This document shows, piece by piece, positions 60,752 through 64,000 of a stretch of DNA of 64,000 nucleotides; the stretch's first letter is position 1; each line of letters starts with the position of its first letter. The stretch is from an uncultured Candidatus Saccharibacteria bacterium (GTDB lineage Bacteria; Patescibacteriota; Minisyncoccia; Phycocordibacterales; EsbW-18), in NCBI GenBank assembly GCA_964447415.1, contig CAYUSN010000001.1, positions 185,727 to 249,726 on the forward strand. The letters are read 5' to 3'. The position numbers were made by a program, and so were the translations under genes. The notes beneath the pieces are model-generated. The model did not search any database, was not told the origin of the DNA, and was given only the letters and a program-made list of their open reading frames with translations.

Positions 60752-61054
60752 ATGACCCCCTACAACAAACTCGTTCGAGACAAGATTCCTGAGATTTTGG
60801 ATGCAAAAGGCATCGCGTATAAAGCCCGCACCGCTTCGCCGGAAGAATTTAAAGAGGAACTGATAAAAAAATTGGGCGAAGAGGTGAAAGAATTCAGTCA
60901 AAACAGCAGTGTAGAAGAACTTGCGGATGTGCTTGAAGTTATTGAATCTCCGAAAACTCTTTCAGAGTATGGTGGGGTGGAAAAAACCAGATTGCAAAAA
61001 CGGGAAGAGCGCGGTGGTTTTGATAAACGAATAATCGCACAGGGCGAAAAATAA
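60752..61054 (+). CDS. Nucleoside triphosphate pyrophosphohydrolase (MazG-like)
   Basis: YNKLVRDKIPEI, EE..E, EELADVLEV, RGGF. Confidence 0.88.
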   Translation: MTPYNKLVRDKIPEILDAKGIAYKARTASPEEFKEELIKKLGEEVKEFSQNSSVEELADVLEVIESPKTLSEYGGVEKTRLQKREERGGFDKRIIAQGEK

Positions 61055-61055
61055 T

Positions 61056-61496
61056 ATGAAAATTGCACTCGGAGCAGATCACGCAGGGTTTAAACTTAAG
61101 GAACAGATGAGAGATTTTCTTGTTTCACTCGGACACGAGGTGGTGGACAAGGGCGCGTTTTCTTTTGACCCCGCCGATGATTACCCTGATTTTATTTTTC
61201 CTGTTGCACATGCTGTGGCAGACGGTGAAGTGGAGCGAGGTGTAGTCTTCGGTAAATCAGGACAAGGGGAGGCAATGGCTGCTAACCGCGTGAAAGGTGT
61301 GCGCGCGGCACTGTATCTCGGCGAAGATGTGGAGGTTGCCAAATTATCCCGCGAACACAACGACGCGAACGTGCTTTCACTGGGAACCGATTTTGTAAAT
61401 CAGGATGCGGCACAGGATATTGTTTCGTTGTGGTTGGATACTCCGTTTTCAGAAGAAGAGCGCCATGTACGGCGCATAAAAAAACTGGACGCATGA
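61056..61496 (+). CDS. rpiB: Ribose-5-phosphate isomerase B
   Basis: GADHAG..LK, DDYPD, ANRVKGVRA, REHNDAN, RH.RR. Confidence 0.95.
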   Translation: MKIALGADHAGFKLKEQMRDFLVSLGHEVVDKGAFSFDPADDYPDFIFPVAHAVADGEVERGVVFGKSGQGEAMAANRVKGVRAALYLGEDVEVAKLSREHNDANVLSLGTDFVNQDAAQDIVSLWLDTPFSEEERHVRRIKKLDA

Positions 61497-62161
61497 TAGA
61501 CGTCGTTCCCGCAATTCTTCCTTCGTCTTTTGACGAACTCTCCGCAAAAGCGGCGTTGGTTCGCGGACTGGTGCGGCGCGTGCAGCTGGATGTCGCCGAC
61601 GGTTCATATGCGTCGTCAAAAACATGGCCGTATGCCGAAGCAGGCCACTTTGAAAGTCTGTTGGAGGAAAGCGAAGGGTTACCGTTCTGGGACGAAATAG
61701 ACTACGAGGTTGATCTACTCATCAAAGAACCTGAAAAAGAAATTGATAAGTGGATTCAGGCCGGGGTTGCTGCGGCAGTGGTGCATATTGAAAGCACCGA
61801 ACATGTGCACGACATCATCAAAAAATTGCATGAGGTAAATGCGGAGGCGGGACTCGGCATCAAACCGAGTACATCGAACGAAGAATTGTTCAAGCACATT
61901 ACAGACGTGGATTTCGTGCAGTGCATGGGCAACGATCGGATCGGTTATCACGGTGTTGAGCTTGATGAGACCGTATACGAAAAAATCCGTGAGATTCATG
62001 CGCGGTATCCTGAACTGCCTATTGCTGTTGATATAGGTGTCAACGAGGAGACCGCGCCGCTTCTTGTGGATGCGGGCGCAACGAAACTTGTCTCCGGTTC
62101 GGCAATTTTCGGAAGCGATACTGTCAAAGAAACCATACAACACCTCCAGAATCTCGGGTAA
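61493..62161 (+). CDS. rpe: Ribulose-phosphate 3-epimerase
   Basis: PAIL, QLDV.DG, VDIGVN, LVSGSAIF; pentose phosphate context. Confidence 0.85.
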   Translation: MIDVVPAILPSSFDELSAKAALVRGLVRRVQLDVADGSYASSKTWPYAEAGHFESLLEESEGLPFWDEIDYEVDLLIKEPEKEIDKWIQAGVAAAVVHIESTEHVHDIIKKLHEVNAEAGLGIKPSTSNEELFKHITDVDFVQCMGNDRIGYHGVELDETVYEKIREIHARYPELPIAVDIGVNEETAPLLVDAGATKLVSGSAIFGSDTVKETIQHLQNLG

Positions 62162-62180
62162 TGTTTGCTATACTCTTTGT

Positions 62181-63044
62181 ATGGCGCATCTCTCTGACGA
62201 CAAGATTAAAGAGCTTGAGTTGAAAGCAAACGAAATTCGCATCTCGCTGATCGATATGCTTGAAGATGCGGGGAGCGGACATACCGCCGGGCCGTTGGAC
62301 ATGGCCGACATTTTTACCGCATTTTATTTTCATATTCTCAAACACGACCCGAAAAATCCCGAATGGGAAGAACGTGACCGGCTCTTTCTTTCAAACGGGC
62401 ACATTACACCGGTGCGGTACTCTGCGATGGCGCACGCGGGATATTTTCCGCTCTCCGAACTGAAGACACTCCGAAAATTCGGGTCACGTTTGCAGGGACA
62501 CCCCGAGCGCGAGCGTTTGCCGGGAGTTGAGACCACTTCAGGACCGCTTGGATCGGGACTTTCACAGGCGGCGGGATATGCATACACTGCGCGCATGGAC
62601 GGAAAAAAGTGGCGCACATACTGTCTGATGTCCGACGGGGAGCTGCAGGCGGGTAATACGTGGGAGGGTGCCATGTTTGCCGGCAACAACAAACTTTCAA
62701 ATCTCACCGCGGTAATTGACCGCAACAATATTCAAATCAGCGGTACGACCGAGCACGTAATGCCGCTAGAACCGTTGGCGGATAAGTGGCGCGCATTCAA
62801 CTGGCATGTCATTGAGGTGGACGGACACAACATTATGGCGTTTTGTGACGCGGTGGATGAGGCGCGCGCGATTTCAGAGCGTCCGACGGTTATTATTGCG
62901 CACACAATCGCCGGCAAGGGAATCAAAGAGATTGAATACGACTACCGTTGGCACGGCAAACCGCCGACAAAAGAAGAGGAAAAAAAGTTTTTGAAAGAAC
63001 TGCGCACACTTAAAGGAAAAATTGAGGCATCACACAATGATTAA
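62181..63044 (+). CDS. Transketolase N-terminal subunit
   Basis: SGH, RDR..LS.GH, LQGHP, G.LG.GLS, DGEL..G..WE. Confidence 0.95.
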   Translation: MAHLSDDKIKELELKANEIRISLIDMLEDAGSGHTAGPLDMADIFTAFYFHILKHDPKNPEWEERDRLFLSNGHITPVRYSAMAHAGYFPLSELKTLRKFGSRLQGHPERERLPGVETTSGPLGSGLSQAAGYAYTARMDGKKWRTYCLMSDGELQAGNTWEGAMFAGNNKLSNLTAVIDRNNIQISGTTEHVMPLEPLADKWRAFNWHVIEVDGHNIMAFCDAVDEARAISERPTVIIAHTIAGKGIKEIEYDYRWHGKPPTKEEEKKFLKELRTLKGKIEASHND

Positions 63045-64000
63045 CGAAGAGCAAAAACTTATTGATGATATTTTCAGCGCGGATATCAAAAAAGTGCCCA
63101 TCCGCGACGGTTTTGGGTATGGATTGGTGGAAGCAGGAAAGAAAGATGAACGTGTTGTGGTGGTGTGCGCCGATTTGGAAGAGTCCACCCGCGCAGAATG
63201 GTTTCACAAAGAATTTCCGGACCGTTTTGTGGAGGTGGGTGTCGCCGAACAAAACCTCGCAACAGTCGCCTCGGGCATGGCCAACTACGGAAAAATTCCG
63301 TTTATCACCTCGTACGCGACGTTTTCTCCCGGACGCAATAATGAGCAGATTCGCACGACGATTGCGCTCAACAATGTGCCGGTAAAAATCGCAGGAAGCC
63401 ACGCAGGTGTCTCGGTCGGTCCTGACGGCGCAACACACCAGGCGCTTGAAGACATCGGACTGATGCGTATGCTGCCGAATATGACGGTGGTGGTGCCTGC
63501 CGATAGTGAGGAGGCCAAGAAAGCGACGATGGCGATTGCGCAGACCACAAGTCCCGCATATATACGTCTCGGGCGGGCGGGGACACCGTCGTTTACGACT
63601 TCGGAAACACCGTTTGCACTCGGCCGCGCGGAGATTTTGTGGCAGTCGGAGAATCCTGCTGTTGCATTGATTGCATGCGGTGCGCTCACGCACAACGCGC
63701 TTATTGCCGCAAAAAAACTACAGGACGCAGGTGTCGGCTCAATTGTAGTGAACAACCACACCATCAAGCCGATGGATGAAAAAACAATTGTGGATGTCGC
63801 AACAAAATGCGGGGCAGTGGTGACAGTTGAAGAACACCAGATTGCCGGAGGTATGGGTTCGGCAGTTGCGGAGATTCTTGCACAACAGCACCTTGTACCA
63901 ATTGAGTTCATTGGTGTGCATGACCAATTCGGACAATCAGGAACACCCGACGAACTTATTGCCCACTACAAAATGGACGCCGACTCGATTGTTGAAGCCG
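63037..64000 (+). CDS. Transketolase C-terminal subunit (partial, runs off window)
   Basis: IRDGFG, CADL, VGVAEQN, GPDGATHQ, VEEHQ..GG.G. Confidence 0.93.
   Translation, partial: MINEEQKLIDDIFSADIKKVPIRDGFGYGLVEAGKKDERVVVVCADLEESTRAEWFHKEFPDRFVEVGVAEQNLATVASGMANYGKIPFITSYATFSPGRNNEQIRTTIALNNVPVKIAGSHAGVSVGPDGATHQALEDIGLMRMLPNMTVVVPADSEEAKKATMAIAQTTSPAYIRLGRAGTPSFTTSETPFALGRAEILWQSENPAVALIACGALTHNALIAAKKLQDAGVGSIVVNNHTIKPMDEKTIVDVATKCGAVVTVEEHQIAGGMGSAVAEILAQQHLVPIEFIGVHDQFGQSGTPDELIAHYKMDADSIVEA

Overview
This is a 64-kb chromosomal window from a reduced-genome bacterium. Its standalone divergent 16S rRNA gene, gene content and VirB4/TraG-like ATPase point to Patescibacteria (CPR), probably Parcubacteria. 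It holds housekeeping genes (smpB, tmRNA, ftsH, recG, alr, murC, rsmI, murB, secA, obgE, gatB, gap, rpiB, rpe, split transketolase), three tRNAs including a rare tRNA-Ile(UAU), and an ~18-kb surface-glycan locus. Main signals: (1) The 16S 3' end has no anti-Shine-Dalgarno, and native genes mostly start 6-9 nt after a -10 box, are translationally coupled, or start just after a tRNA. (2) About 14 dispersed orphan cassettes nonetheless carry -35/-10 promoters, strong GGAGG Shine-Dalgarno sites, GC-ending codons and terminators, which suit a different ribosome. (3) An inverted-repeat element (CATCCCGTTAGAG...CTCTAACGGGATG) appears to insert at start codons, once carrying a GIY-YIG nuclease and once empty. 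(4) A dispersed CCNGCAC...GTGCNGG hairpin family and a heptamer repeat occur in rRNA, promoters and coding sequence. All calls are by eye; no searches were run.
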